From the NCBI GenBank assembly GCA_036769805.1, contig DAIPKK010000001.1:1-55715 (forward strand): a stretch of 55,715 nucleotides of DNA. The letters are read 5' to 3'. Both the position numbers and the translations under genes were made by a program. Below are positions 34,270 to 44,094 of this stretch, one piece after another. The notes below the pieces were generated by a model, which saw only the letters and a program-made list of their open reading frames with translations, was not told the DNA's origin and did not search any database. The first letter of the stretch is position 1. Each line of letters opens with the position of its first letter. The stretch comes from Patescibacteria group bacterium (GTDB taxonomy: Bacteria; Patescibacteriota; Patescibacteriia; DYGC01).

Positions 34270-36837
34270 ATGAAACACAAAGGTTTGAGCACGAGCGAGG
34301 CGCAGCGCCGTTTATGGCGTGATGGCCGGAATTTGCTTCCGCGGGAAAAAACCAAGTCCCGTTGGCAAGTTTTTTTTAGTCAATTCAATAATGTTTTAAT
34401 TTATATTTTGTTGGTGGCGGTGGTGATTTCCGTGGTTTTGGGAGAAATTAAAGATTCTTTGATTATCATTGCGGCGATTTTAATCAATACCGTGGTTGGT
34501 TATATTCAGGAGTATAAGGCTTATAATATTTTGGCGAAATTGACAGCCTTGGTGCCTTGGGAAACTTTGGTAATCAGGGACGGAGTGGAAAAATTGATTC
34601 CGGCGGCGGACGTGGTGGCGGGAGATTTGTTGGTAATCCAAGCCGGTGATAAAATCCCGGCGGACGCGAAACTGATAGAAAGCACCGACGTCCTTACTGA
34701 CGAAGCAATTCTCACGGGCGAGTCCGAGAGTATTCCCAAAGACGTGAATGGCCGTGATAAACGTGAGCATCTTTTATTTATGGGGACGACGATGGTGCGC
34801 GGTACATCCGTCGCGGAAGTGTTGCGCGTCGGCGCTAACACCAAGTTTGGGCAAATCGCTCATTTATTGCAAAAACAAAGTGATGTTTTAACGCCTTTGC
34901 AATTGGAATTGAAATCTTTAAGTTATTATATTTCTTTGGCGGTAATTTTTTTCGCCTTGATTATTTGGATTGCCGGTATTTCGCATGGTTATTCAATTGG
35001 GGAAATGTTAATCATCTCGGTGGCGGTGGCGATTTCAGCGGTGCCGGAAGGTTTGGTGGTGGCGATGACCGCACTGTTGGCCTTGGGCATGCAAAAACTT
35101 TTGAAAAAACAGGCCTTGGTGCAACGCTTGGTCTCGGTGGAAACGTTGGGTAGTGTGGACGTGATTTGTACCGATAAAACCGGCACGCTTACCGAAGGCA
35201 ACGCTTCAGTGTTGAAAATCGTGACTGCTGATGGTGACTATGAAGTGCAAAATAACGTGCCGATTTTGCAAGATGACTTGATGAAATTTATCGTGGAGGT
35301 GGCTTCGTTATCCAATACCGCCAAGTTCGTCAATGGACGATTAATCGGTGGTTCAATCAATCAAGCTTTGTTTAAATTAGGAGTGAATTACAATATTTTC
35401 CGGCCAAATTTAGAGGATGGAAAATATGCTTTTTTGGACAGTTTGCCTTTTCATTCGCGTGACAAATTTGCTTTATATCTTTACAAAAATAATGAGCGTC
35501 GCGAAAATCAGTTGTTTTATATGGGCTCACCGGAGCAGGCTTTGAATTTATCCACGCATTATTTGGACAAACATTTGTTGGAGCATAAATTGAGTCCGGA
35601 AAAACGTCAAAAATTAAAAGAGCAGCATTTGTATTGGGCGAAAAAAGGTTATTATTTGTTGGGCGTGGCCCTGCGACGCGTCTCCGATAAATCATTGGTT
35701 TTTAATAATGGTACGTTTTTGGGATATTTGTTGTTGAAAGATCCTTTACGTCCCGGGGTTGCTAAGTTTATTAAAATCGCCAAAGACGGTGGTATTAAAG
35801 CGGTGATGATTACCGGCGATCACCCGGAAACCGCCAAAGCGGTGGCCGATCAGTTGAATTTGTTAAAGCCCGGCGATTTGATTTTGACCGGTAATGATAT
35901 TCAAGCGATGAGCGATCGGGAATTGTTGGCTAAAATCAATAAAGTAACAATTTTGGCGCGCGTTCATCCGGAAGATAAATGGCGGATTGTTCGTTTATTC
36001 CAAGAGGCCGGACATAAAGTCGCCATGACCGGTGATGGCATCAATGACGCGCCGGCAGTGAAAGCGGCGGATATCGGATTGGCGGTGCATAGCGGTACCG
36101 AAGTCACCAAAGAAGCGGCGGATTTGATTATGTTGGATAATGATTTTCACGTTATTGTTGACGCCATTGAGGAAGGTAGAAGTATTTTCTTGAATTTAAA
36201 AAAGATTTTGGTATATTTGCTTTCCGATTCTTTTGCGGAAATCGTTTTAATTACCGGTGCCTTGTTAATTGGTCTACCTTTACCTTTAACAGCCATTCAA
36301 ATTCTGTGGATTAATTTAATCGTTGATGGTTTTCCCGGGATCGCTCTTATAATGGAAAAAAATCCACAGGAACAAACCATGGACAAGAAATATCTGAAAT
36401 TAAGAAACAAATTATTGGATGGCCAGATGAAATTTTTGATTTTAGTTGTTGGTCTGATATTTGATTTTATATTATTATGGTTTTTTTATTATTTTAATCA
36501 AATTTACGGCTTGGCTTTGGCAAACACTTTTATTTTTGCGGCGATTATCGTCAGTTCATTGTTTTATTCTTTTAGTTGCAAGAATTTAAAAAAGAACATT
36601 TGGAGGATGGATATGTTTGATAACAAATCTTTATGGGCGGCGGTTTTGATCAGTTTTTGGATTGCCGCTTTTGTGTTTTTTACGGCTCCCGGGCAGAAAA
36701 TTTTTGAGATTGTAGGTTTGCCTTTACATATGTTGTTCATCGTTTTTGGATTGGCGATCTTTAAATTGGTGGCCACTGAATTGGTGAAATATTTTACCAT
36801 TGTTCGTGAAAATCGTCAGTTGGAAAAAAAGTCTTAA
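34270..36837 (+). CDS. P-type cation-transporting ATPase (type II, Ca2+/Mg2+-like)
   Basis: TGES, PEGL, the DKTGTLT phosphorylation site, MTGDGINDAPA, and about 10 TM helices. Confidence 0.85.
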   Translation: MKHKGLSTSEAQRRLWRDGRNLLPREKTKSRWQVFFSQFNNVLIYILLVAVVISVVLGEIKDSLIIIAAILINTVVGYIQEYKAYNILAKLTALVPWETLVIRDGVEKLIPAADVVAGDLLVIQAGDKIPADAKLIESTDVLTDEAILTGESESIPKDVNGRDKREHLLFMGTTMVRGTSVAEVLRVGANTKFGQIAHLLQKQSDVLTPLQLELKSLSYYISLAVIFFALIIWIAGISHGYSIGEMLIISVAVAISAVPEGLVVAMTALLALGMQKLLKKQALVQRLVSVETLGSVDVICTDKTGTLTEGNASVLKIVTADGDYEVQNNVPILQDDLMKFIVEVASLSNTAKFVNGRLIGGSINQALFKLGVNYNIFRPNLEDGKYAFLDSLPFHSRDKFALYLYKNNERRENQLFYMGSPEQALNLSTHYLDKHLLEHKLSPEKRQKLKEQHLYWAKKGYYLLGVALRRVSDKSLVFNNGTFLGYLLLKDPLRPGVAKFIKIAKDGGIKAVMITGDHPETAKAVADQLNLLKPGDLILTGNDIQAMSDRELLAKINKVTILARVHPEDKWRIVRLFQEAGHKVAMTGDGINDAPAVKAADIGLAVHSGTEVTKEAADLIMLDNDFHVIVDAIEEGRSIFLNLKKILVYLLSDSFAEIVLITGALLIGLPLPLTAIQILWINLIVDGFPGIALIMEKNPQEQTMDKKYLKLRNKLLDGQMKFLILVVGLIFDFILLWFFYYFNQIYGLALANTFIFAAIIVSSLFYSFSCKNLKKNIWRMDMFDNKSLWAAVLISFWIAAFVFFTAPGQKIFEIVGLPLHMLFIVFGLAIFKLVATELVKYFTIVRENRQLEKKS

Positions 36838-36908
36838 TTTGCATATTTGTTAAAGTTTTTGTTAAGATTGAGTTAAGCCAGTCATTTAAATTTTGAGAGC
36901 ATAATCGT

Positions 36909-38024
36909 ATGAATCTTATCAACAATGATGATTTGAAATTTTTGAAGCAGTTGATTCGCGTGGAGAGCACCGCCGCTCGCCCGGATGATTTATTTTTGGT
37001 TTTGCAAATGGTCTGGGATTATTTTAAAGCTTCCGGGGCAAAGGCCGCTTTGGAAAAAATATATGAGAAAAACGGTAAATATTCTTTGGTTTTAAGTAAT
37101 AACAATGATTTGAAACAAGACGTGATTTTACTCGGTCATTTGGACGTTGCCGAGGGCGAGGGCGGTTTCGCGCCCCACCTGGAAGGTGATTGGCTGTACG
37201 GACGGGGCGCCGGCGACATGAAGGGACCGTCTTTGGCGTTACTGAGAATTTTTATAACCGCATTGCAAGAAAATTTTGATTTGAATATTGCTTTGATTTT
37301 AACTACGGATGAAGAGTTGGGCGGTGAAAACGGCTCCAATTATATTGTCAATGAATTGGGTTATCGCGCTAAAGTGGTTTTTGTTCCCAATAATGGAAAA
37401 AATATCAATACCATTTGCGTGCAAGAAAAAGGTTTTTTGCAGTGTCGCGTGCGAGCACAGGGGAAGGCGGCGCACGGGGCGCGTCCTTGGAAAGGCGAAA
37501 ACGCGGTTTTGAAATTGTTGGAATTTTATTATCAACTGGCCAAATTTTATCCGCAGCCGAAAGATGATAATCAATGGAAAAAATCCATTAATTTAGGATA
37601 TATTAAAGGCGGCAGTGCTTTGAATAGCGTGCCGGAAACAGCGGAAATCGGTTTGGATATTCGTTTTACCGAAAAAGAAGATCGGCAAGAATTGGCGGAG
37701 CAATTGCAGGGATTGGCCAATGATTATGATTTGGAAGTGGAGATATTGAGTGGTGGGGATGTGGTGGAAATTCCCGAAGACGATTTGTATTTGTTACGTT
37801 TGGCGGAAATCATTGAGGAGTATACTAAAAAGCCGGTGGATTTTATCCCCTCCAGTATGGCCAGCGATGCGCGGTTTTTTACGTCACATGGGGTATCGGC
37901 GTTGTGTTTTCGTCCGGAAACCAAACATTTGCACGCGGCCGATGAGTCTTTGAAAATCGCGTCTTTGGAAGATTACGCTTTTATCGTCTATCAGTTTTTA
38001 AAAAATTTTAAAAATATCACTTAA
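36909..38024 (+). CDS. M20-family metallopeptidase (ArgE/DapE-like)
   Basis: LGHLDV metal ligand, GRGAGDMKG, TTDEELGG, HGARPW. Confidence 0.75.
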   Translation: MNLINNDDLKFLKQLIRVESTAARPDDLFLVLQMVWDYFKASGAKAALEKIYEKNGKYSLVLSNNNDLKQDVILLGHLDVAEGEGGFAPHLEGDWLYGRGAGDMKGPSLALLRIFITALQENFDLNIALILTTDEELGGENGSNYIVNELGYRAKVVFVPNNGKNINTICVQEKGFLQCRVRAQGKAAHGARPWKGENAVLKLLEFYYQLAKFYPQPKDDNQWKKSINLGYIKGGSALNSVPETAEIGLDIRFTEKEDRQELAEQLQGLANDYDLEVEILSGGDVVEIPEDDLYLLRLAEIIEEYTKKPVDFIPSSMASDARFFTSHGVSALCFRPETKHLHAADESLKIASLEDYAFIVYQFLKNFKNIT

Positions 38025-38093
38025 GATTTTATTTGCATTTTACTTGATTTTTTTATAAAATATCTAAGCATTTATAATTAAACAAAAGCGTTT

Positions 38094-38660
38094 ATGAAAA
38101 ATTGGTTAAAAGTTTTGGCTTTGGTGATTGTGATCACTTTACCGTTGGGCGGTTGTTTTAAGAGCCCGGAAGAAAAAGCGGCTGAACAAGCGGCTGAAGA
38201 GTTAAGTAAAGTGTTCGGTGATTTGGCTAAAGTGGCCGAAGACGGTGAACTTAATCCGGAAGAAAGTTTACAAGGTTTTATGGAATTGGGCATGGAAATG
38301 GAAAAGAGCGAGTTTGAAAAACAAGAAAGTTTGGATGTGCCGAGTAAATTTCCTTCAGAATTGCTGTATAATTCCAATGCTAAAGTGACCAGTGTCAGTG
38401 ATTCTTCTTCTGATGATTATATTTACATTGATTTGACCATTAAAACCACAGATAGCGTTGATCAAGTTAAAAGTTTTTATAAAGCTTTGTTAAAAGATGG
38501 TGGTAATTGGAAAGTTACCGGAGAAAGCACCAGCGCCGGTTATTACAGCTTAGACGCGCAAACCCCGGATGACGTGGAAGATTATCGTTCCGTGGATTTG
38601 GACATTTATAACAATGAATACAGCAAATTGGTAGAAATCAGCTTGTATTACAGCAATTAA
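38094..38660 (+). CDS. hypothetical lipoprotein
   Basis: Lipobox LPLGGC, acidic mature region, no recognised domain. Confidence 0.55.
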   Translation: MKNWLKVLALVIVITLPLGGCFKSPEEKAAEQAAEELSKVFGDLAKVAEDGELNPEESLQGFMELGMEMEKSEFEKQESLDVPSKFPSELLYNSNAKVTSVSDSSSDDYIYIDLTIKTTDSVDQVKSFYKALLKDGGNWKVTGESTSAGYYSLDAQTPDDVEDYRSVDLDIYNNEYSKLVEISLYYSN

Positions 38661-38690
38661 TCGTTCGGTTTTATTAGGGTTCTTTTGTAG

Positions 38691-38716
38691 GGGCGTTGCA
38701 CTGCAACGCCCTTTTC
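38691..38716 (+). terminator. intrinsic terminator
   Basis: GGGCGTTGCA/TGCAACGCCC stem followed by TTTTC. Confidence 0.6.
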
Positions 38717-38846
38717 ATGTTATCGTTTTGTGTTTATTTTTGTTTTTATTAAAATGAAAATTTTTTACTGAAATTGTCAAAATTGTTTTTTGAAAATGGG
38801 CGTGTTAAGATTATTTTAGAGATTAAGTCATAAAGTAAAAACAACT

Positions 38847-39212
38847 ATGAAAATTAATATCAGAACGAGAGAGATTGATTTGACCGACTCCATTCGCGCT
38901 TATGCCGAAAAGAAAATGTTGGCTTTAATCAAGTTTTTTCCGAATATCACCTTAGTGGAAGTGGAGTTGTCAAAATTAAGCAAGCATCATAAAAAAGGCG
39001 ATGTCTTTTCCGCGAAAATCACTTTAACCGTTCCGAATAAAGTGTATCGCGTTGATGAGGTTGAGCCGGTTTTGTATAAAGCGATTGATAAAGCCAAAGA
39101 CGATTTGAAACGCAGTTTAACCAGAATGCGTTCCAAGAATCGTGATATGTCTCGTCAGGGACGTGATGGCGTGATTGATCGATTGGCGGTTGACGCAGTT
39201 AATGAAATCTAA
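38847..39212 (+). CDS. hpf: ribosome hibernation promoting factor (short HPF/RaiA family)
   Basis: MKINIRTREIDLTDSIRAYAEKK N-terminus typical of the sigma54-modulation/HPF family. Confidence 0.8.
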   Translation: MKINIRTREIDLTDSIRAYAEKKMLALIKFFPNITLVEVELSKLSKHHKKGDVFSAKITLTVPNKVYRVDEVEPVLYKAIDKAKDDLKRSLTRMRSKNRDMSRQGRDGVIDRLAVDAVNEI

Positions 39213-39218
39213 AATAAA

Positions 39219-39809
39219 ATGGTTATGAGTCAATTTTTGATGGTGCCGGTGGAGTATTCCGCCCGCCATATTCATTTGTCCAAAGAGACAATCAATCTTT
39301 TGTTTGGGGAAAATTATTCACTGACAGTAAAGAAAAATTTATCGCAGCCCGGGCATTTCGCGGCAGAAGAAACCGTGACTCTCGTGGGACCGAAAAATTC
39401 TTTAAAATTGCGTATTTTGGGGCCGGAGCGCGATCATGATCAGGTGGAATTGGCGAAAAGTGATTGTTTGTTCGTGGGGATTGATGCGCCTTTGCGTTTG
39501 TCTGGTGATGTTCATGGCTCAGCCGGTGGAAAATTGATTGGTCCGGCCGGTGAAGTGGAATTGAAAGAAGGTGTTATTATTGCCAAACGTCATTGGCATT
39601 GCAGCGCCGTTTCAGCGGAAAAATATCAATTGAAAAATGGTGATAAAGTCAGTGTGGTGATGGAGGGTGAGCGCGCTTTACTTTTTGATGAGGTGATTAT
39701 TCGCGTTCATGAAAGCTCTGATGATACTATTCATTTGGATACCGATGAGGCCAACGCCGCCGGCTTGCAAGAACAAGGAAAACTCTGTAAGGTGTTTATA
39801 AATCGTTAG
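39219..39809 (+). CDS. pduL: phosphate acyltransferase PduL
   Basis: Duplicated PduL motifs SARHIHLS and IHLDTDEANAAG. Confidence 0.8.
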   Translation: MVMSQFLMVPVEYSARHIHLSKETINLLFGENYSLTVKKNLSQPGHFAAEETVTLVGPKNSLKLRILGPERDHDQVELAKSDCLFVGIDAPLRLSGDVHGSAGGKLIGPAGEVELKEGVIIAKRHWHCSAVSAEKYQLKNGDKVSVVMEGERALLFDEVIIRVHESSDDTIHLDTDEANAAGLQEQGKLCKVFINR

Positions 39810-39832
39810 AAATAAAAATTAAATTTTGACAG

Positions 39833-41494
39833 ATGGCATTAGCTTTATATCGCAAATATCGGCCGAGTGATTTTAGTCAGGTGTCCGGACAGGAACACAT
39901 TAAAATCACTTTGAAAAATGAGCTGGCGCAGAATAAAATCGCCCATGCTTATTTGTTCAGCGGCCCGCGTGGCACCGGGAAAACCACTTTGGCGCGTATT
40001 TTAGCCAAGGCGGTTAATTGCGAAAATCGTAAACCGGGCGATAGCGAGCCTTGCAATCAGTGCCCTTCTTGTAAAGCAATCAATGAGAATAGCGCTTTGG
40101 ATGTGATTGAAATTGACGCCGCTTCCAATCGTGGAGTGGAGAATGTGCAAAACAATATTATTAATTTTGTGAGAATTCGTCCGTCAAATGCCAAATATAA
40201 GGTTTTCATCATTGATGAAGTGCACATGTTAACGTCTTACGCTTTTAACGCGTTGTTGAAAACTTTGGAAGAGCCGCCGGAATACGCGATGTTTATTTTG
40301 GCGACCACGGAGGCGCAGAAAATTTTGCCAACCATTATTTCTCGTTGCCAACGTTTTGATTTTAAAAAAATTGAAGCGATTGCCATGAAGCAACGTTTGT
40401 TAAATTTAGCGAGTACCGAAGGTGTTCAGATTGACGACGCGGTGCTGGATTTGTTGATTCATTATTCCGAAGGGTGCATGCGTGACGCCGAAAGTTTGTT
40501 GAGTCAATTGTTGAGTTTGGATGAAAAAGTGATCGGTTTGGATCAAGCTCATTTGATTTTGCCTCGTTCTCACTGGGCGGAAAGTTATAAATTATTATCA
40601 TTTTTGTTTAATAAAAAATTATCAGACGCTTTGTTGATGGTTAATGAATTGTTGGCCGACGGTTTGGATTTGGATGCGTTTTTAAAGGATTTTGTTTTGC
40701 TATTGCGTCAGCTTTTATTGGTGAAATTGGGGGTCGGTCAGATTGTCGCTTTGGATGCCAAGCGTTTGGCGGATATTGAAAAATTATTGGAATTCGTGAG
40801 CGTGCCGCAATTGTTAAAAATAATCAATTCGTTTATTTTGGTCAGTCAGCAGGGGAAGAGCGGTTTTATTCCGCAGTTGCCTTTGGAAATGGCTTTAATT
40901 TCCGCCATGGCCGAAGATGATTTCGGGAGTCCGCCACGGAGCGTGGTGAGTGAGCCAAAAGCGGCGGCGGTTACACCGGCAGCGAGCATGGAAAAAGCGG
41001 CGCCGGCGGAGGCGGTGGTTGAAGATGTGCCAAAAGAAGAAGCGGCGGTGGCTGAAGAGCAAATCCAGACTGAACAAGTAATCGACAATACAAAACCGCT
41101 TGATGAAGTTGTAGTAAGCGTCGATAATAAAATTTGCCCCGTTAATGTTGAAGCTTTGCGTAGTCGTTGGGCAGAAGTGAAAAATTTATTGAAAAAAGAA
41201 AATATTTCTTTGGCTTCGTTGATGAGCGTGGCCGGTTTGAAACAAGAAAATGATAAATTATTGGTGATTTTTAAACATCAATTTAATTATGATCAAGTGT
41301 TTAACAGTCGGGAATTACAAGATATGGTTTGTCGAGCGATTGAGAAAGTGGTTGGGCATAGTTGCAAAGTGGGTTTCGCGGTTGATCCGAATATTGTGTC
41401 TTGCGAGTCACGCAGCAATTCCGGGGATGCGGTTAAAGATGAAAAAAAAGATAACAATTTTTTGGAAATTTTGGGCGTGGAAAACGCATTTTAA
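39833..41494 (+). CDS. dnaX: DNA polymerase III subunit gamma/tau
   Basis: Walker A GPRGTGKTT, zinc module CNQCPSC, DEVHML, LLKTLEEPP, SRCQRF. Ala/Glu-rich linker. Confidence 0.9.
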   Translation: MALALYRKYRPSDFSQVSGQEHIKITLKNELAQNKIAHAYLFSGPRGTGKTTLARILAKAVNCENRKPGDSEPCNQCPSCKAINENSALDVIEIDAASNRGVENVQNNIINFVRIRPSNAKYKVFIIDEVHMLTSYAFNALLKTLEEPPEYAMFILATTEAQKILPTIISRCQRFDFKKIEAIAMKQRLLNLASTEGVQIDDAVLDLLIHYSEGCMRDAESLLSQLLSLDEKVIGLDQAHLILPRSHWAESYKLLSFLFNKKLSDALLMVNELLADGLDLDAFLKDFVLLLRQLLLVKLGVGQIVALDAKRLADIEKLLEFVSVPQLLKIINSFILVSQQGKSGFIPQLPLEMALISAMAEDDFGSPPRSVVSEPKAAAVTPAASMEKAAPAEAVVEDVPKEEAAVAEEQIQTEQVIDNTKPLDEVVVSVDNKICPVNVEALRSRWAEVKNLLKKENISLASLMSVAGLKQENDKLLVIFKHQFNYDQVFNSRELQDMVCRAIEKVVGHSCKVGFAVDPNIVSCESRSNSGDAVKDEKKDNNFLEILGVENAF

Positions 41495-41560
41495 TTGGAA
41501 AGATTTTGTGCTATAATGATATTTAAATAATTTTTCACTAATAATTAATAGAAAAAAGTT

Positions 41561-42223
41561 ATGCCTCAAGAGAAAAATCAAGGAATGGGCGCGGTGGTCT
41601 TATTATTGTTGGTCATCGCTGTCTTGCAAGCAATCAGCTTGTATTTGCAATTCCGACCGGTTTATCATCCGGTGTACCAAGTTTTGTCACCGACTCAAGA
41701 AAAAACCTTGAAGGAAAACAATGCTTTGTTGAAGGAAGTCAGCGCTTTAACCACTTTGCCAAGCACTGAACCGGCGATTGCCGAGGTTTTGGATGTGGAG
41801 TTGTTAAAGAATGAACATCAAATCAACGCCGAAGTGTATAAAGATGCCCAAGATGGCGATAAGGTGATTGGTTATGAAGATCGTTTGATTATTTATCGTC
41901 CGTCTGAAAAGAAAATTGTTTATGACGGCAAGAACCCCAACCAAATTTTAAATGAACAATATTTGGCCGCTTTGCAGGATGTCTTGGGTAAAGTTTCCGC
42001 TTTGACCACTTTGGATTCCAAGGCGGTTCCGCAATTCAGCGTAATCGGTGATGTCACTCAATTGCAAGCCCAAAATCCGACGGTTTTCGCCAAAGCGCAA
42101 AACGGTGATAGCTTGTTGTTGTATGAAAATCGTTTCTTGATTTATCGCGCCAGCAGCAATCAATTGATTTTTGACGCTGACGTGGTGGACGGCGTGATTG
42201 GCACGAATAAGATTAGTGAATAA
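41561..42223 (+). CDS. membrane-anchored hypothetical protein with an internal duplication
   Basis: N-terminal TM helix. Two modules of about 65 aa both begin VSALTTL and end in ...LIIYRPSEKKIVYDG / ...FLIYRASSNQLIFDA. Confidence 0.55.
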   Translation: MPQEKNQGMGAVVLLLLVIAVLQAISLYLQFRPVYHPVYQVLSPTQEKTLKENNALLKEVSALTTLPSTEPAIAEVLDVELLKNEHQINAEVYKDAQDGDKVIGYEDRLIIYRPSEKKIVYDGKNPNQILNEQYLAALQDVLGKVSALTTLDSKAVPQFSVIGDVTQLQAQNPTVFAKAQNGDSLLLYENRFLIYRASSNQLIFDADVVDGVIGTNKISE

Positions 42224-42244
42224 TATTGACTTGAATGATAAAAA

Positions 42245-42274
42245 AAGAAGCTCTAAATCGGGCTTCTTTTTTGT
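42245..42274 (+). terminator. intrinsic terminator
   Basis: AAGAAGC/GCTTCTT stem followed by a T run. Confidence 0.6.
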
Positions 42275-42365
42275 TTTTTAATTTTTGTTACGCCTACTAC
42301 GTTTATTCGCGATAATATTTTTGAACTGACAAATATGACAAAATTTTTGTGTCGTCCATTGGTAG

Positions 42366-42498
42366 TGCAACTCTTAATTTTTCTTTCGCCCTCCTGGTCC
42401 GAACGGAAAATTTTGGGTTCGTTTTCGTGTTAACTCAAACTCACCTCAAAATTTTAACCTTCTCGGACCAATGGGCGGCATAAAAATTAAGAGTCGCA
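42366..42498. repeat. structured non-coding element, copy 2
   Basis: Near-identical to 1273-1409. Same CTCTTAATTTTT/AAAAATTAAGAG inverted repeat, here extended by TGCAA/TCGCA. Confidence 0.6.
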
Positions 42499-42527
42499 AG
42501 AATGTACGGTGAAACACATTTTTTATG

Positions 42528-42545
42528 GCCGCCTATTAGCTTGTG
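42528..42545 (+). repeat. 18-nt motif GCCGCCTATTAGCTTGTG (second copy)
   Basis: Exact match to 1254-1271. Confidence 0.7.
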
Positions 42546-42609
42546 GACAACTTAAAAAAAGTTTACGTTAATTTAACGTTCACTATGCTATAATGAGTAA
42601 AAATAAATT

Positions 42610-44094
42610 ATGTGGTGGCAAAAATTGCACGTATCCCAAAAATTTTCAATTTTTATGGGCATGTTTTTGCTTGGCGTAGCGAGTGGGCGCTGGGGAGCGG
42701 TGAATGGCCGATGGCTGTTTTACGTGATTTTTCTAGCGTCCTTCGCCGCGTTGTTTTGGGGCAAAAAAATCTTATGGATTTTGATCTTATTAGCGGTGTT
42801 TTTGTTGTCAAATGTTTATTTTCACTGGCGTGGCTACAGTGAATTATCGTTGTATTACGATAAAACGGTGTTTCTGCGCGGTTTAATCATTAAGGATGTG
42901 GAAAACAATGGTTTAGAGCAAAAAGTGACTTTAAAAACCGAAAAAGTTTGTTTGGCTGATGACAAATGTCTGGAAGTGTCAGCGCGGGTTTTATTGACCT
43001 TGCCTTTATATCCGCAGTACCAATATGGTCAAATTTTGGAATTGCGTGGCAAATTGGATTGGCCGGATGATGGCACCTATGATGATTATTTATTAAGCCA
43101 AGGAATTTTCGCGGTGCTTTACAATCCAAAAAGTGTGGCGGCGCCGGCAAGCGGCCAAGGAAGTTTTTTTTGGGAAAAATTGTATCAAGTGAAATATTTT
43201 ATTTTGCGCCGGTTGAATATGATCTTGCCGGCGCCGCATTCATCATTTATGGCAGCTTTACTTTTGGGAATCAGACAGGGGATGCCTGACAATATCAATG
43301 ATGATTTTCGGCGGGCGGGGATTAGTCATATCGTGGCGGTAAGCGGTTACAATATTTCATTGTTAGCGAATTTTTCTTTGTTGGTTTTACCTTATTTTCG
43401 TTTGCGCCGCCGCCACGCTCTGGTGTTTTCCATTGTTTTAATCGCGCTGTTCGTGTTATTGACCGGCGCCAGCGCGTCGGTGGTGCGGGCGGGTATTATG
43501 GGTATTTTATTGTTGTTGGGACGGCTGGCCGCCCGCCCCAGCCAAATTTTTAATGTTTTGTTGTTAACCGCTTGTTTGATGACATTATATAATCCGGCGG
43601 TTTTATTGGGGGATTTGGGTTTTCAGTTGTCATTTATGGCGACCATTGCTTTGATTTACTTTTTGCCATTGCTGACGACTTATTGTCCTTTTTACAATGA
43701 GAATTCTTGGTGGCAAGAAAATTTTTTTACAACCTTGGCCGCCACCATCGCCACCTTACCGTTGATTTTGTATAATTTTGGTATGCTTAGTTGGCTGGCG
43801 ATTCCCGTTAATTTGGTGGTTTTGCCGTTTATCCCATATTTGATGACTTTCGGTTTCATGGCCTTTCTTTTGTCACTGTTTTGGCTGGGAGCGGCAAAAA
43901 TCGTGGGTGTGATTTTGTTGTACGGTTTGTTGCAAGCGATTTTAACGGTGGCGCGGACTGTTGGGGGATGGTCGTGGGCGGTTTGGGAAGTGAGTTCTTG
44001 GCACCTTGGTTTTGTATTTCTTTTTTACTTAATATTTTTTATAATGATTATAAGATTTCATTCGCGAAAACATAAATATGAAAAACCTTTATAA
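42610..44094 (+). CDS. comEC: DNA internalisation channel protein ComEC/Rec2 (DUF4131 + competence domains only)
   Basis: Multi-TM protein with the GISHIVAVSGYNIS signature. Lacks the C-terminal metallo-beta-lactamase domain. Confidence 0.8.
   Translation: MWWQKLHVSQKFSIFMGMFLLGVASGRWGAVNGRWLFYVIFLASFAALFWGKKILWILILLAVFLLSNVYFHWRGYSELSLYYDKTVFLRGLIIKDVENNGLEQKVTLKTEKVCLADDKCLEVSARVLLTLPLYPQYQYGQILELRGKLDWPDDGTYDDYLLSQGIFAVLYNPKSVAAPASGQGSFFWEKLYQVKYFILRRLNMILPAPHSSFMAALLLGIRQGMPDNINDDFRRAGISHIVAVSGYNISLLANFSLLVLPYFRLRRRHALVFSIVLIALFVLLTGASASVVRAGIMGILLLLGRLAARPSQIFNVLLLTACLMTLYNPAVLLGDLGFQLSFMATIALIYFLPLLTTYCPFYNENSWWQENFFTTLAATIATLPLILYNFGMLSWLAIPVNLVVLPFIPYLMTFGFMAFLLSLFWLGAAKIVGVILLYGLLQAILTVARTVGGWSWAVWEVSSWHLGFVFLFYLIFFIMIIRFHSRKHKYEKPL

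Noticed and set aside
41436-41452. A-run (GAAAAAAAAGAT) in dnaX as a programmed frameshift site for the gamma subunit
   Set aside because: It lies only about 15 codons from the natural stop, far beyond the domain III boundary where tau/gamma frameshifting occurs. It is most simply Lys codons.
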